Below, in pieces: positions 28,524 through 38,319 of a stretch of DNA of 64,000 nucleotides. The notes under the pieces were generated by a model, which had not been told where the DNA came from, made no database searches, and saw only the letters and a list, made by a program, of their open reading frames with translations. The stretch spans positions 213,852 through 277,851 of the forward strand of contig JBMOMC010000043.1 in assembly GCA_049325335.1 (NCBI GenBank), read 5' to 3'. Origin of the DNA: Nitrospirota bacterium. GTDB lineage: Bacteria > Nitrospirota > Nitrospiria > 2-01-FULL-66-17. The position numbers and the translations under genes are program-made. How positions within the stretch are numbered: position 1 is the first letter of the stretch; each line of letters begins with the position of its first letter.

Positions 28524-28862
28524 GTGGCCGACGCGCCGCGGTTCGTGAGGGTCGCGGCGGCGGACGACCTGCCGCCCGGCGGCTCCCTGGCCGTGCGGGT
28601 CGGAGACCTCCCCCTTGCGCTGTTCAACGTATCCGGCGCGGTCCACGCGATCGAGAACGTGTGTCCACACGCGGGCGCGGCACTGGACCGCGGCGTCCGT
28701 ACCGGCCCTTGTCGGGAAATCGTGATCTGCCCCTTCCACGGCTGGCGCTTCGACGTACGCACCGGCCGCTGCCTTCAAATACCGGGTGAAACCATCCGGA
28801 CGTTTTCGGTGCGAGTGGCGGGTGGGGCGATCGAGGTGGAGATAGCCGGGGCGGAGAAATAG
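28524..28862 (+). CDS. Rieske [2Fe-2S] ferredoxin
   Basis: CPH ... CPFHGWRFD motifs. Confidence 0.9.
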   Translation: MADAPRFVRVAAADDLPPGGSLAVRVGDLPLALFNVSGAVHAIENVCPHAGAALDRGVRTGPCREIVICPFHGWRFDVRTGRCLQIPGETIRTFSVRVAGGAIEVEIAGAEK

Positions 28863-28902
28863 TCCGAGAGGGCTGAATTGGGCAGCGTGTTCGGTGACGC
28901 GA

Positions 28903-29385
28903 TCAGGCTGCGCGTTTGATCGGACGATCGTTCGTTGGCGCGTCGCCCCGTCGTGTGGCAGGGGGTAGTATCATTTCGGGGGTCAATGTGCGTAGGCTCA
29001 GGAGGTGGATCGTGACCGCGCCGGCCACACACGCGAGCAAGGCACTGACCCACCGAAGCGGCACCACGTACACCGCCGTATACCCGATCACGCTCCATAA
29101 CACCGTGATGGCCGTGACCTTCGTTCGCAGCGGGATGGCCCGGTGTTCGCGATAATTGCGGATATAACTGCCGAACCACGGGTGATTGATTAGCCACTGG
29201 TACGAGCGGTCCGAACTTCGCGCGAAACAGGCGGCGGCCAGGAGCAGGAACGGCGTGGTGGGCAGCAGTGGCAGGAAGATGCCGAGGATGCCGAGGGCCG
29301 TGGCCAGCATCCCCACGGCGGTCAACAGCCGTTGACGTACTGACCTGGGAGGGATCCTCCGCGTGTTCCCGTCCGATTCGCCCAT
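28903..29385 (-). CDS. YbaN/DUF454 family inner-membrane protein
   Basis: GIFLPLLPTTPFLLLAAACFARSS...WL..HPWFG signature. Confidence 0.9.
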   Translation of the reverse strand: MGESDGNTRRIPPRSVRQRLLTAVGMLATALGILGIFLPLLPTTPFLLLAAACFARSSDRSYQWLINHPWFGSYIRNYREHRAIPLRTKVTAITVLWSVIGYTAVYVVPLRWVSALLACVAGAVTIHLLSLRTLTPEMILPPATRRGDAPTNDRPIKRAA

Positions 29386-29557
29386 CCGTAGACTGTAGTC
29401 GATCCGACCGGGATCGCAAGTCGCGGCGGTGGGGTGTGACGTGGAGGCGGGGGGCATCGCCTTGCCGCGATATGGATGATCTGTTACAGTCGCTTCCGTT
29501 GTCGTCGATATCCTCCACAGGCATGTTGAGCTCGGGTGCGACGCATGAGACGCGACT

Positions 29558-30616
29558 GTGACTGATCGACCGCTGGCCGTCATCGGCGCCGGGGCGTGGG
29601 GCACGGCCCTTGCGCACGTCGCGGCGACGGCCGGACGCCGCGTGCGAGTGTGGTGTTTTGAGCCGGACGTGGCCGAGACGATCGCGCGTGAGCGCCGCAA
29701 CACGCGGTACCTGCCCGGCATCGACCTGCCAGCTCGGATCGAGTCTACGACCGATCTGGCGGAGGCGGTCCGGGACGTTGCGGCGGTTCTCTTGGTCGTG
29801 CCCTCACACGCGTTCCGGTCCGTCTTCACCAAGGTGGCTCCGGTGCTGCCTCCGGATGTGCCGCTCGTGTCCGCGACCAAGGGCATCGAAGTGGACACGC
29901 TGGCGTTCATGACCGACGTGGTGCGCGAACTGCTGCCAGCCGGGAGTCGCCATCCGGTGGCGGTGTTGTCCGGCCCGTCGTTCGCGGTCGAGGTGGCCAA
30001 GGGGCATCCCACCGCGGTCACGTTGGCGTGCCGGGACCCGTTGGCGGCGCGCACGCTCCAAGAGTTGTTCACCACCGACACGTTCAAGCTCTTCACCACC
30101 CCGGATGTGATCGGGGTGCAGGTGGGCGGAGCGCTCAAAAACGTGATCGCGCTCGCGGCCGGCGGGTCGGACGGGTTGGGATTCGGGTCCAACACGCGCG
30201 CCGCATTGATCACGCGGGGTTTGGCCGAACTCACGCGTCTGGGCGTGGCCATGGGCGGGCAGCCGTGGACCTTCGCGGGCTTGTCCGGGTTGGGCGATCT
30301 GGTGCTGACCTGCACGGACCAACAGAGCCGCAACTTCACGGTGGGATATCGCATGGGACGCGGTGAAACCTTGGACGCCATCACGCGCGGCGCGAGCACC
30401 GTGGCCGAAGGCGTTCGCACCGCACGCGCCGCGTACGCGCTCTCGCGCAAGTTTCGCGTGTTGATGCCGATCGTGGAGCAAATCTACGCGGTGCTGTACG
30501 AAGGCAAGGACCCGCGCAAGGCCGTCACCGACCTGATGGAACCCGCGGTCGGAGATGAATTGTTTCGCCCGCCGGAGCGCGGGGGCGGGTGGGGCGATTC
30601 CCCCGGCGTGCGATGA
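29558..30616 (+). CDS. gpsA: NAD(P)H-dependent glycerol-3-phosphate dehydrogenase
   Basis: GAGAWGTALA, SATKG, SGPSFA, GALKNVIA, GLGDLVLTC, SRN. Confidence 0.95.
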   Translation: MTDRPLAVIGAGAWGTALAHVAATAGRRVRVWCFEPDVAETIARERRNTRYLPGIDLPARIESTTDLAEAVRDVAAVLLVVPSHAFRSVFTKVAPVLPPDVPLVSATKGIEVDTLAFMTDVVRELLPAGSRHPVAVLSGPSFAVEVAKGHPTAVTLACRDPLAARTLQELFTTDTFKLFTTPDVIGVQVGGALKNVIALAAGGSDGLGFGSNTRAALITRGLAELTRLGVAMGGQPWTFAGLSGLGDLVLTCTDQQSRNFTVGYRMGRGETLDAITRGASTVAEGVRTARAAYALSRKFRVLMPIVEQIYAVLYEGKDPRKAVTDLMEPAVGDELFRPPERGGGWGDSPGVR

Positions 30617-32241
30617 TCGAGATCGAACGGGTCTTGCTCGAACTTGCCGGCGGGGTGAGTCTGTTACGGTACGGGTTGCACCTGGCGGGCGAGGGGCTTC
30701 AGGCCTTGGCCGGCGCGCGCCTTCGGTACGCGTTGGCGTCGGTCACCAAAAACCGCGTCTTGGGGCTCGGGGCCGGGGCCTTGATCACCGCCATCCTGCA
30801 GAGCAGCAGCGCGACGACCGTGATGTTGGTGGGGTTTACCGGTTCGGGTCTGCTCACGCTCCGTCAAGCCGTGGCCGTAATCCTCGGCGCGGACGTGGGC
30901 ACAACCGCCACGGTCCAATTGTTGGCGTTTCCCGTGACCGAGTACGCCTTGGGCGTGATCGTCGCCGGATTCCTGTTCTTTTTCTTCGGACGCCGCCAGC
31001 GGACCAAGACCTTGGGCACCGCGTTGTTGGGATTCGGACTGATTTTCCTTGGACTGCGGTTGATCGCGTCGGGCGCGGAGCCGTTGGTGGACGCGCCGCT
31101 GGTGGGCCAAGCGTTCTTGGCGTTGGGGGATCACCCGGTGCTCGGGATCGCCATTTCGGCCGCGGTGACCGCGATGTTGCACAGCAGCGCCGCGACCATC
31201 GGCATCGCGCTCGCGTTGTCCGCGCACGGCTTATTGACGTTGCACGGGGCGTTACCCATCATCCTGGGCGCCAACGTGGGCACGTGCGCGCCCGCGTTGA
31301 TCTCCAGCCTGGGCGGGGTGCCGGAGGCCAAACGGGTCGCCCTGGCCCACGCGCTCTTTAAGGTGGCGGGGGTGGCGTTGGTCTACCCAGTGTTGCCGCT
31401 GTTCGAGAGTTGGGTGGACCTGTCCGCGTCCGGTCTCCCGCACCAAATCGCGAACGCGCACACCCTGTTCAACCTGGGCCTTGCCGTGGTGTTCCTACCG
31501 TTTACGGTGCCGTTCGCGGGCGTGGTGGCGCGCCTGGTCAAGGAGCGGCCGCTCGGGGACGAGTGGGCGCGGCCCAAGTACCTCGACCCCCATGTGCTGG
31601 ACGTGCCGTCGCTGGCGCTGAGCCAAGCCACGCGGGAGACATTGCGTATGGCGGATCTGGTGCATGAGATGGTGCGCGATACCATCAAGACGTTCGAGGA
31701 CGGCGACCAGGAATTGGTCGAGTCGATCGAGCGCAAGGAAGATTGGGTGGACGCGCTCAACCGCGAGATCAAACTCTATATCACCAAGCTCTCGGAAAAA
31801 TCGCTCACCAAGGAGCAGCTCGACCGGGAGATGGTCTTGCTCGCGGTGATCAACGACCTGGAGAACATCGGGGACATTGTCGACAAGAATCTGATGGAAT
31901 TGGCCAAGAAAAAGCTGTATAAGGATCTGAGATTTTCGGACAACGGCGTCAAGGAAATGGTCGAACTGCACGCACTGGTCGAGCGAAACTTTGAACGCGT
32001 CATCGCGGCGTTCGCCAGTCAGGACGCGGAAGTGGCCAAGCAGGTGATCGAGGAGAAAGCGAAAATCAGCTACAAAGAGCGGCAACTCAAACAGGCGCAC
32101 ATTCATCGCCTGCACGCGGGGCTTCCGGAATCGATCGAAACCAGCGCCATTCACCTGGATGTGTTGACCAATCTCAAGCGCATCAACTCCCACGTCACCA
32201 ACATCGCGTACCCGCTGGTCGATCAACCCTCGGAGGGGTGA
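30613..32241 (+). CDS. Na+/Pi cotransporter family protein with PhoU-like domains
   Basis: QSSSATT and HSSAA repeats, GANVGT, C-terminal DLENIGD / PhoU helices. Confidence 0.9.
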   Translation: MIEIERVLLELAGGVSLLRYGLHLAGEGLQALAGARLRYALASVTKNRVLGLGAGALITAILQSSSATTVMLVGFTGSGLLTLRQAVAVILGADVGTTATVQLLAFPVTEYALGVIVAGFLFFFFGRRQRTKTLGTALLGFGLIFLGLRLIASGAEPLVDAPLVGQAFLALGDHPVLGIAISAAVTAMLHSSAATIGIALALSAHGLLTLHGALPIILGANVGTCAPALISSLGGVPEAKRVALAHALFKVAGVALVYPVLPLFESWVDLSASGLPHQIANAHTLFNLGLAVVFLPFTVPFAGVVARLVKERPLGDEWARPKYLDPHVLDVPSLALSQATRETLRMADLVHEMVRDTIKTFEDGDQELVESIERKEDWVDALNREIKLYITKLSEKSLTKEQLDREMVLLAVINDLENIGDIVDKNLMELAKKKLYKDLRFSDNGVKEMVELHALVERNFERVIAAFASQDAEVAKQVIEEKAKISYKERQLKQAHIHRLHAGLPESIETSAIHLDVLTNLKRINSHVTNIAYPLVDQPSEG

Positions 32242-33041
32242 TGGACCGCGAGCGGTTGCGCGCGCTGCTGGAAGCGGTGCGCGACGGGGCGGCCGACGTC
32301 GATGGCGCATTGTCGGCGCTCCGGGATTTCCCGAACGAAGCGCTGGGATTCGCGTCCCTGGACCATCATCGGGATCTGCGCCAGGGGGTCCCGGAGGCCG
32401 TGTTGTGCGAGGGCAAGACCGCGCGCGACGCCGCGACGATCGTGGCGCGGCTGGCCGCCTCCGGCGCGCCGGTCATCGCCACCCGCGCGAACGCGGCCAC
32501 GGCGCGGGCGATTCGCAAGGCCGTGCCCCGCGCCCGGTACCATCCGCGGGCGCGGCTGGCGCTGGTCAATCCCCGGCCGCCGGCCGATCCGCACGGCGTG
32601 GTGGTGGTCACGGCGGGCACCGCGGATCTACCGGTGGCGGAGGAGGCGGCGTTGACCGCGGGCGCGTTGGGCAGCGGCGCGTCGATCGTGTGCGACGTGG
32701 GCGTAGCGGGCGTGCATCGGTTGATCGATCAACTGGATCGGGTGCGGGCCGCGCGGGTGGTGATCGTGGTGGCGGGGATGGACGGCGCGTTGCCGAGCCT
32801 GGTGGGCGGTCTGGTGCCGCAGCCGGTGATCGCGGTGCCGACGAGCCGCGGATACGGGGCGCATTTCGGCGGGGTGGCGCCGTTGCTCACCATGCTCAAT
32901 TCGTGCGCTTCCGGCGTGGCGGTGATGAATATCGACAACGGATTCGGCGCGGGCGTGCTGGCGCACCGCATCGAGCGTTTGGCGCGCGCGCCGGAGTCCA
33001 TGAGCCGACCGCGAGCGCGTCGGCGATTACGACGGGGATGA
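32241..33041 (+). CDS. larB: Nickel-pincer cofactor biosynthesis protein LarB (PurE-like)
   Basis: LDHHR..RQG.PE, TAGTADLPVAEEA, DVGVAGVHRL, AGMDGALPS, PTS.GYG, NIDNGFGA. Confidence 0.92.
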   Translation: MDRERLRALLEAVRDGAADVDGALSALRDFPNEALGFASLDHHRDLRQGVPEAVLCEGKTARDAATIVARLAASGAPVIATRANAATARAIRKAVPRARYHPRARLALVNPRPPADPHGVVVVTAGTADLPVAEEAALTAGALGSGASIVCDVGVAGVHRLIDQLDRVRAARVVIVVAGMDGALPSLVGGLVPQPVIAVPTSRGYGAHFGGVAPLLTMLNSCASGVAVMNIDNGFGAGVLAHRIERLARAPESMSRPRARRRLRRG

Positions 33042-33044
33042 GAG

Positions 33045-34445
33045 ATGAAAATCGCGTACTTTGATTGTTTCTCCGGTATCAGCGGCGACATGGTGTTGGG
33101 CGCGCTGATCGACGCGGGGTTGAGCCTCAAGCGATTGGAAGAGGCGCTGGCGCCGCTTAAACTTCCCGGATATCGGTTGTCGGCCAAAACCGTCGAGAAA
33201 GCGGGCGTGCGGGCCACCAAGGTGGACGTGGTGGTGGACGATCGCCGAGTGCCGATCCGGGATTATCCGCAAATGGCCGCCGTGTTTCGCCAGGGTCGCC
33301 TCCCGCGCACCGCCGAAGACACGGCGGCGGGCATTTTGGAACGGTTGGCGCGCGCGGAAGCGGAAGTCCACGGCCGCAAGCTCTCGCAGTTACATTTTCA
33401 CGAGCTGGGCGGGGTGGACACGTTGGTGGACATCGCGGGCGCGGTGCTCGGGTTGTCGTTGCTGGGCGTGGAGGAGGTGTACGCCTCGCCGCTGAACATC
33501 GGCGGCGGGTTGACTCGTTCGGCCGCGTTCCCGATTCCCGCGCCGGCCACCGCGGCATTGCTCACGGGCGTGCCGGTGTATTCCTCGGGCATTGATCGCG
33601 AACTGACCACGCCGACCGGCGCGGCCATCATCGGCGCGTTGGCCAAAGGGTTCATCCCGTTCCCCTCGTGCCGGGTGGAGGCGATCGGCCACGGCGCGGG
33701 CGAAACCGAGTTGCCCGCGACACCCAATGTGTTGCGCCTGTTCGTGGGCGATCGGCTGACCGAGCGCTCCTGGGGCGAAGATCGCGTGGTGCAGATGGAG
33801 ACCACGATCGATGATCTAAACCCCCAGATTTACGAGTATCTCTTGGAGCGGCTCCAACGCACGGGCGCGATCGACGCGTACTTGACGCCGATCATCATGA
33901 AAAAAGGCCGGCCAGCCATCACCGTGACCGTGCTCGCGCGTGCGGAACATATCGCGCGCCTGGCGCGGGTGCTCTTCGATGAGACCTCTACCCTGGGCGT
34001 CCGGATTCTCGACGTCAATCGCATGGTCCTGCCCCGCACGCTGCAAAGTGTGTCCACGCCATGGGGCCGCGTGCGGGTGAAAGCGACCCGTCACGACGGA
34101 CGGGAAGAGCTGCGCGCGGAGTACGACGATTGCCGGGTTCTGGCGGAAACCAGCGGACGCCCGTTGCGGGCGGTCATGCAAGAGGTGTCCGCATTGTTGC
34201 GCACGCTGTCGGGGGACGCGCCGTTGGATCCGATCGTGGCGCCGCCCGCGCTGCCCGAGGTGGTAAGCGACGGGGGCGTGGCGTGGGGTGAACCGATCGA
34301 AGGGGACGCGGAACCCGCGCCGGTCGAAGACGGGGCGTCGGATGCCCGACCGGCGCGCGCCGGAACCGGCCGCCGACGCCGCTCCCGCCACCGCCGGCGC
34401 CGGCCGCGGGGCGGAAAGAAACCGGACAACACTCCGCCGGCATGA
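33045..34445 (+). CDS. larC: Nickel insertion protein LarC
   Basis: YFDCFSGISGDM, HFHELG, PAPAT, ELTTPTGAA, ETTIDD, MKKGRP, EYDDC. Confidence 0.92.
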   Translation: MKIAYFDCFSGISGDMVLGALIDAGLSLKRLEEALAPLKLPGYRLSAKTVEKAGVRATKVDVVVDDRRVPIRDYPQMAAVFRQGRLPRTAEDTAAGILERLARAEAEVHGRKLSQLHFHELGGVDTLVDIAGAVLGLSLLGVEEVYASPLNIGGGLTRSAAFPIPAPATAALLTGVPVYSSGIDRELTTPTGAAIIGALAKGFIPFPSCRVEAIGHGAGETELPATPNVLRLFVGDRLTERSWGEDRVVQMETTIDDLNPQIYEYLLERLQRTGAIDAYLTPIIMKKGRPAITVTVLARAEHIARLARVLFDETSTLGVRILDVNRMVLPRTLQSVSTPWGRVRVKATRHDGREELRAEYDDCRVLAETSGRPLRAVMQEVSALLRTLSGDAPLDPIVAPPALPEVVSDGGVAWGEPIEGDAEPAPVEDGASDARPARAGTGRRRRSRHRRRRPRGGKKPDNTPPA

Positions 34446-35443
34446 CCTTCGCGATCCTCATCACCACGATTATCGTCGCGATCGCGGTGATTTTAGCGGG
34501 CAGCGCGCTGTTTACCAACGGCGTGGAGTGGCTCGGCAAACGGCTGGGCGTGTCCGACGGCGTGGTGGGCAGCGTGTTCGCGGGTGTGGGCACCGCGTTG
34601 CCCGAAACCGTAATTCCCATCATCGCGATTTTTTTCGGCGACGGTCCGGACCGCCAGGCGGTCGGCATCGGGGCGATCCTTGGCGCGCCGTTTATGTTGA
34701 GCACGTTGACCTTGCCGCTCTTGGGCGCGGGATTGCTGGCCTTTGCCGCGCTGGGACGCCGACCCTGGACCTTCAAGCTCGACGCGGCCGCGGTGTCCAT
34801 TGATCTGCGGTTCTTCCTGATTGCGTACACGCTAGCGGTGGCCTCGACCATGATCGACTCCAAAGCCGTACACGTGGTCGTGGCGGTCGGCCTGATCGCC
34901 TTGTACGTCCTCTACCTCAAAACGATCGTGGGGCACGCCGGGGAAGGCCACGGCGAAGACTTGGCGCCGCTCTACATCGCCCGGCGCAACCCCGAGCCGC
35001 CGATGGGCCTGATCGCGATCCAAGTGGTGGGGGGGCTGGGGGTGATCATCTGGGGCGCGCACTTGTTCGTGGGGACGGTGCAGTCGGTGGCGACCATGGC
35101 GGCGATATCGCCATTGTTGCTGTCGTTGTTGATTACGCCGGTGGCCACGGAATTGCCCGAAAAACTCAACAGTCTCCTCTGGATCGCCCAGAAAAAAGAC
35201 ACGCTTGCGGTGGGGAACATCACGGGCGCGATGGTGTTCCAAGGCACGTTCCCGGTGGCGGTGGGGTTGATCGGCACGCCGTGGCAGCTCAACGCCTACG
35301 GCATGGTGAGCGCGTGGTTGGCGTTGATTGCGGGCGCCGTGCTCTACGCGACCATGGCCACGCGCGGAACCTGGCGGCCGTCGTATCTGATGGCGGGGGC
35401 GGTGCTGTACGTGGCGTTCGGCATCTATGTCGCCAATTGGTAA
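34442..35443 (+). CDS. Sodium:calcium antiporter (CaCA) family
   Basis: GTALPET and ATELPEK alpha repeats; about 10 TM helices. Confidence 0.85.
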   Translation: MTFAILITTIIVAIAVILAGSALFTNGVEWLGKRLGVSDGVVGSVFAGVGTALPETVIPIIAIFFGDGPDRQAVGIGAILGAPFMLSTLTLPLLGAGLLAFAALGRRPWTFKLDAAAVSIDLRFFLIAYTLAVASTMIDSKAVHVVVAVGLIALYVLYLKTIVGHAGEGHGEDLAPLYIARRNPEPPMGLIAIQVVGGLGVIIWGAHLFVGTVQSVATMAAISPLLLSLLITPVATELPEKLNSLLWIAQKKDTLAVGNITGAMVFQGTFPVAVGLIGTPWQLNAYGMVSAWLALIAGAVLYATMATRGTWRPSYLMAGAVLYVAFGIYVANW

Positions 35444-35504
35444 GCGAGCGCTCGCGTTCATGGCGGTCGCGGTGATACACTGGGTCGGTCAACGGAGCTG
35501 ATCG

Positions 35505-37271
35505 GTGCGCGACAGCGTTCAACGGCGGATCGTCTTATCGATTCTCATTGTCGGCGTGGCGTCCCTGTTGCTGGGACTGTCTCTGGTCTATTTTGTCGGC
35601 AAATCCACGCTCAAACAATCGATCGGCGCGAACTTCGAAGAATTGGCCGACGTCACGGCCAAAAAGCTCGACGAACTGATCGACCATCACGTTGAACGGG
35701 CGATGTTTTTGGCTGGCCTCGACGACGTGCTCGACGCGGTCAAGCAAGCCAACGCCGAACACGCGGCGGATCCCTCCGACCCGCGGCTGCAGAACGACTG
35801 GGCGCAACTGGGGTCCGCGGATCCGGACGTGGCTCGGGTGGTGGACAACCCGGCGGCCAAGGCGTTTCGCGCGGTGACGCGGATGTCCGGCGACCAGGCG
35901 GTTGATCATCCGTCCCACGAGATCGTGATCGCGGCCGACGCGCGCGGCCGCGTGGTGGCCGCCACGCGCAAACCCGCGGCCTACTCGTTCAGCGACGAGA
36001 CGTGGTGGCGGGAAGCCTACGCCAGCGGCCAGGGTCGGCTGTTTCTCAGCGACGTGTTGTTTGACGAGAACCTGGGCCGGTTCGTGTTCATCATCGCCAC
36101 GCCGATCCGACAAGGCGGTCGGGTGGAGGGCGTGTTGGCCATGGTGCACGACGCGCAGGCGTTTTATCAATGGCTGACCTCGATCCAAGTCGGGCGGACC
36201 GATCACACGATGTTGGTGGCCTCGGACGGCACGTTGCTGTTTTGTCCGGTGTTTCCGATCAAGGGCCATACCCTGCACCCCAGCTTGATGGCCTCGATCG
36301 TGAACGGCGGCCGCGGGTGGGGGACCACGGGGCACGACGTACACTACCCGGGTTCGGAGGCGATCAACGGCTTCGCGCCGGTCCGGGCCTCGACCACGCC
36401 CGGCGTCAACTTTGGCGGCAAAGTCTGGTACATCTTCACTAGCCAAGACCCCAAAGAAACGTACGGACCGGTCTACACGTTGTTGGGGTGGATCATTTTC
36501 TCCGGCGCGGCGGCCATCGGATTGTTGCTCTTGTTGGGCCTGGCCGCGGCCAAACGTATCGTCCGGCCGATCCGGATCGTGCAAAGCGGCGCGCAAGTGA
36601 TCGGCAACGGTAACCTGAACCACCGCATCCACGTGGACACCGACGATGAAATCGGCGCGCTTGCACGCGGTATCAACGAGATGGCCGCCAAACTGTCCAC
36701 GTCGTACAACGAGTTGGAGCGGATGGTGGAGGAGCGTACCCGCACGCTCGCGCAGCGCACGAGTCAACTCGAACAACGCAACCAAGAACTCTTCCTGCTG
36801 CACGCGGTCGCGTCATCGCTGAATAAAGCGCAGTCGCTCGACGACGTGCTGGGCGAGCTGCTCAACAAGGTGTTGGGCGGGGTGGAGGCGCACGCGGTGT
36901 TCATCGGACTCGCCGAGCAGGGACGCGGCGTCTTGTTGCACGGCCGCCCCCAGTTCCTGACCACGCAGGACGACATGGCACATCTCGCGGAGTCGGTGGT
37001 GCAACAAGTGTTGACCGTCCGGGACCTGGTCACGGTGCCGGACACCGGGGCCGACCCGGTGTATCAGGCGTTCGCGCGTCAGGCCCGATCGCTGATCGGC
37101 ATTCCGCTTCGCGCCAAGGACAAAATATTGGGTGCCATCGTGTTGGTGTATCTCAAACCGCGTGTTCCGACCCCGGAGGAACGGGAATTTCTCGCCTCGA
37201 TCGGCCATCAGGCGGGCGTGGTGGTGGAGAATGCGCGCCTCTTCGGATTGTTCAAAAACCTCGCCGAATAG
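35505..37271 (+). CDS. Membrane sensor (Cache + HAMP + GAF) lacking an output domain; possibly truncated
   Basis: Two TM helices around a Cache-like region, HAMP (DEIGALA..INEM), S-helix (LERMVEERT), GAF ending ENARLF, stop 8 codons later. Confidence 0.8.
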   Translation: MRDSVQRRIVLSILIVGVASLLLGLSLVYFVGKSTLKQSIGANFEELADVTAKKLDELIDHHVERAMFLAGLDDVLDAVKQANAEHAADPSDPRLQNDWAQLGSADPDVARVVDNPAAKAFRAVTRMSGDQAVDHPSHEIVIAADARGRVVAATRKPAAYSFSDETWWREAYASGQGRLFLSDVLFDENLGRFVFIIATPIRQGGRVEGVLAMVHDAQAFYQWLTSIQVGRTDHTMLVASDGTLLFCPVFPIKGHTLHPSLMASIVNGGRGWGTTGHDVHYPGSEAINGFAPVRASTTPGVNFGGKVWYIFTSQDPKETYGPVYTLLGWIIFSGAAAIGLLLLLGLAAAKRIVRPIRIVQSGAQVIGNGNLNHRIHVDTDDEIGALARGINEMAAKLSTSYNELERMVEERTRTLAQRTSQLEQRNQELFLLHAVASSLNKAQSLDDVLGELLNKVLGGVEAHAVFIGLAEQGRGVLLHGRPQFLTTQDDMAHLAESVVQQVLTVRDLVTVPDTGADPVYQAFARQARSLIGIPLRAKDKILGAIVLVYLKPRVPTPEEREFLASIGHQAGVVVENARLFGLFKNLAE

Positions 37272-37460
37272 CGCCTGTCCATGAACGGCCATCTGCGGCG
37301 TTGTCGGTCGGCCTTGCGTGCTCACGGTTATCGTAGGGGCGTATGGCTATACGCCCCTACAGGCGCGCAAGGCGCTCCCTCCGCCTTGCGACCCACCTTC
37401 AGGGAGAGAAGTGCCGGAAGTCCCCGAAGGGAGCACCTGGCGCGTTCCTGAACAGGCTCC
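37270..37460. mobile_element. MITE-like element with nested REP palindrome
   Basis: Left end matches the reverse complement of 6793-6842; right end TTCCTGAACAGGCTCC matches the 6770 terminal repeat; begins at the sensor TAG. Confidence 0.7.
37333..37360. repeat. GTAG-type REP palindrome
   Basis: GTAGGGGCGTAT-GGCT-ATACGCCCCTAC; related copy at 56715. Confidence 0.8.
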
Positions 37461-37521
37461 CTTTACAGGGTTTTACAAGACGAAAGTCGAAGAGAACGGC
37501 TGCGCCCAAGGCACCGTGACC

Positions 37522-38319
37522 ATGAGCGCTGACCTTCGTCCCCGCAAGTCGCTTGGGCAATGTTTTCTCACGGACCCGCGGATCGCGGAGAAAATCGTCT
37601 CGCTCGGGGGCGTCGATCCCTCGGATCGGGTCGTGGAGATCGGCCCGGGGCGCGGCATCCTCACCCGTGTGTTGGCCGAGCGCGCGGTGGAGGTCCTGGC
37701 GATCGAACTCGACCCGCGGTGGAGCGCGGCGTTGCGGGAGGAGTTTGCCGGGAACGCCCGCGTACACGTTGAACAGGCCGATGCGCTGGCCTATCCGTTC
37801 GAGGACCTTGCCCCGGGTTTCAAGGTCATCGCGAATTTACCGTATAATATCTCGACGCCGATCCTCTTTCGGCTGTTGGGCCTTCGCGATCGGGTCACGC
37901 TGATGGTGCTGATGTTACAGCGCGAAGTGGTGGACCGTTTGCTGGCGCGTCCGGGCAGCAAGGCGTACGGCGCGCTTTCCGTGGCCGTGGCGTACGCCGC
38001 GGACGTCCGCAAGGGATTTGCCGTGGCGGCGGGGAGTTTTTCCCCGCGTCCGGCCGTGGAATCGGCCGTAGTGGTGATCACGCCGAGGGGCCAGCCCGCG
38101 ATCGTGGTGCGGGACGAACCCACGCTGATGCGCGTGATTCGTGCCGCGTTTGCGCACCGACGCAAGGTGTTGGCCAACGCGCTTACGGACGAAGGCTTCG
38201 CGAAGCCCGCGGTGATCGCGGCGCTTCAGGAATCGCGCATCGACCCGACTCGACGGGGCGAGACGTTGAGTTTGGAAGAATTCGGTTGGTTGGCCGACGC
38301 GGTGATCGCTAGAACGTGA
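37522..38319 (+). CDS. rsmA: 16S rRNA adenine dimethyltransferase
   Basis: KSLGQCFL, VEIGPGRG, ANLPYNIS, MLQREV, RRK, RGETL. Confidence 0.95.
   Translation: MSADLRPRKSLGQCFLTDPRIAEKIVSLGGVDPSDRVVEIGPGRGILTRVLAERAVEVLAIELDPRWSAALREEFAGNARVHVEQADALAYPFEDLAPGFKVIANLPYNISTPILFRLLGLRDRVTLMVLMLQREVVDRLLARPGSKAYGALSVAVAYAADVRKGFAVAAGSFSPRPAVESAVVVITPRGQPAIVVRDEPTLMRVIRAAFAHRRKVLANALTDEGFAKPAVIAALQESRIDPTRRGETLSLEEFGWLADAVIART

Noticed and set aside
28903..30450. ORF-track N-terminal extensions (515-aa YbaN, 504-aa NagZ, 355-aa L28, 420-aa thioesterase, 401-aa DUF5069) as fusions
   Set aside because: The extensions overlap real genes; family motifs begin at downstream starts with an RBS, a promoter or a stop-start overlap
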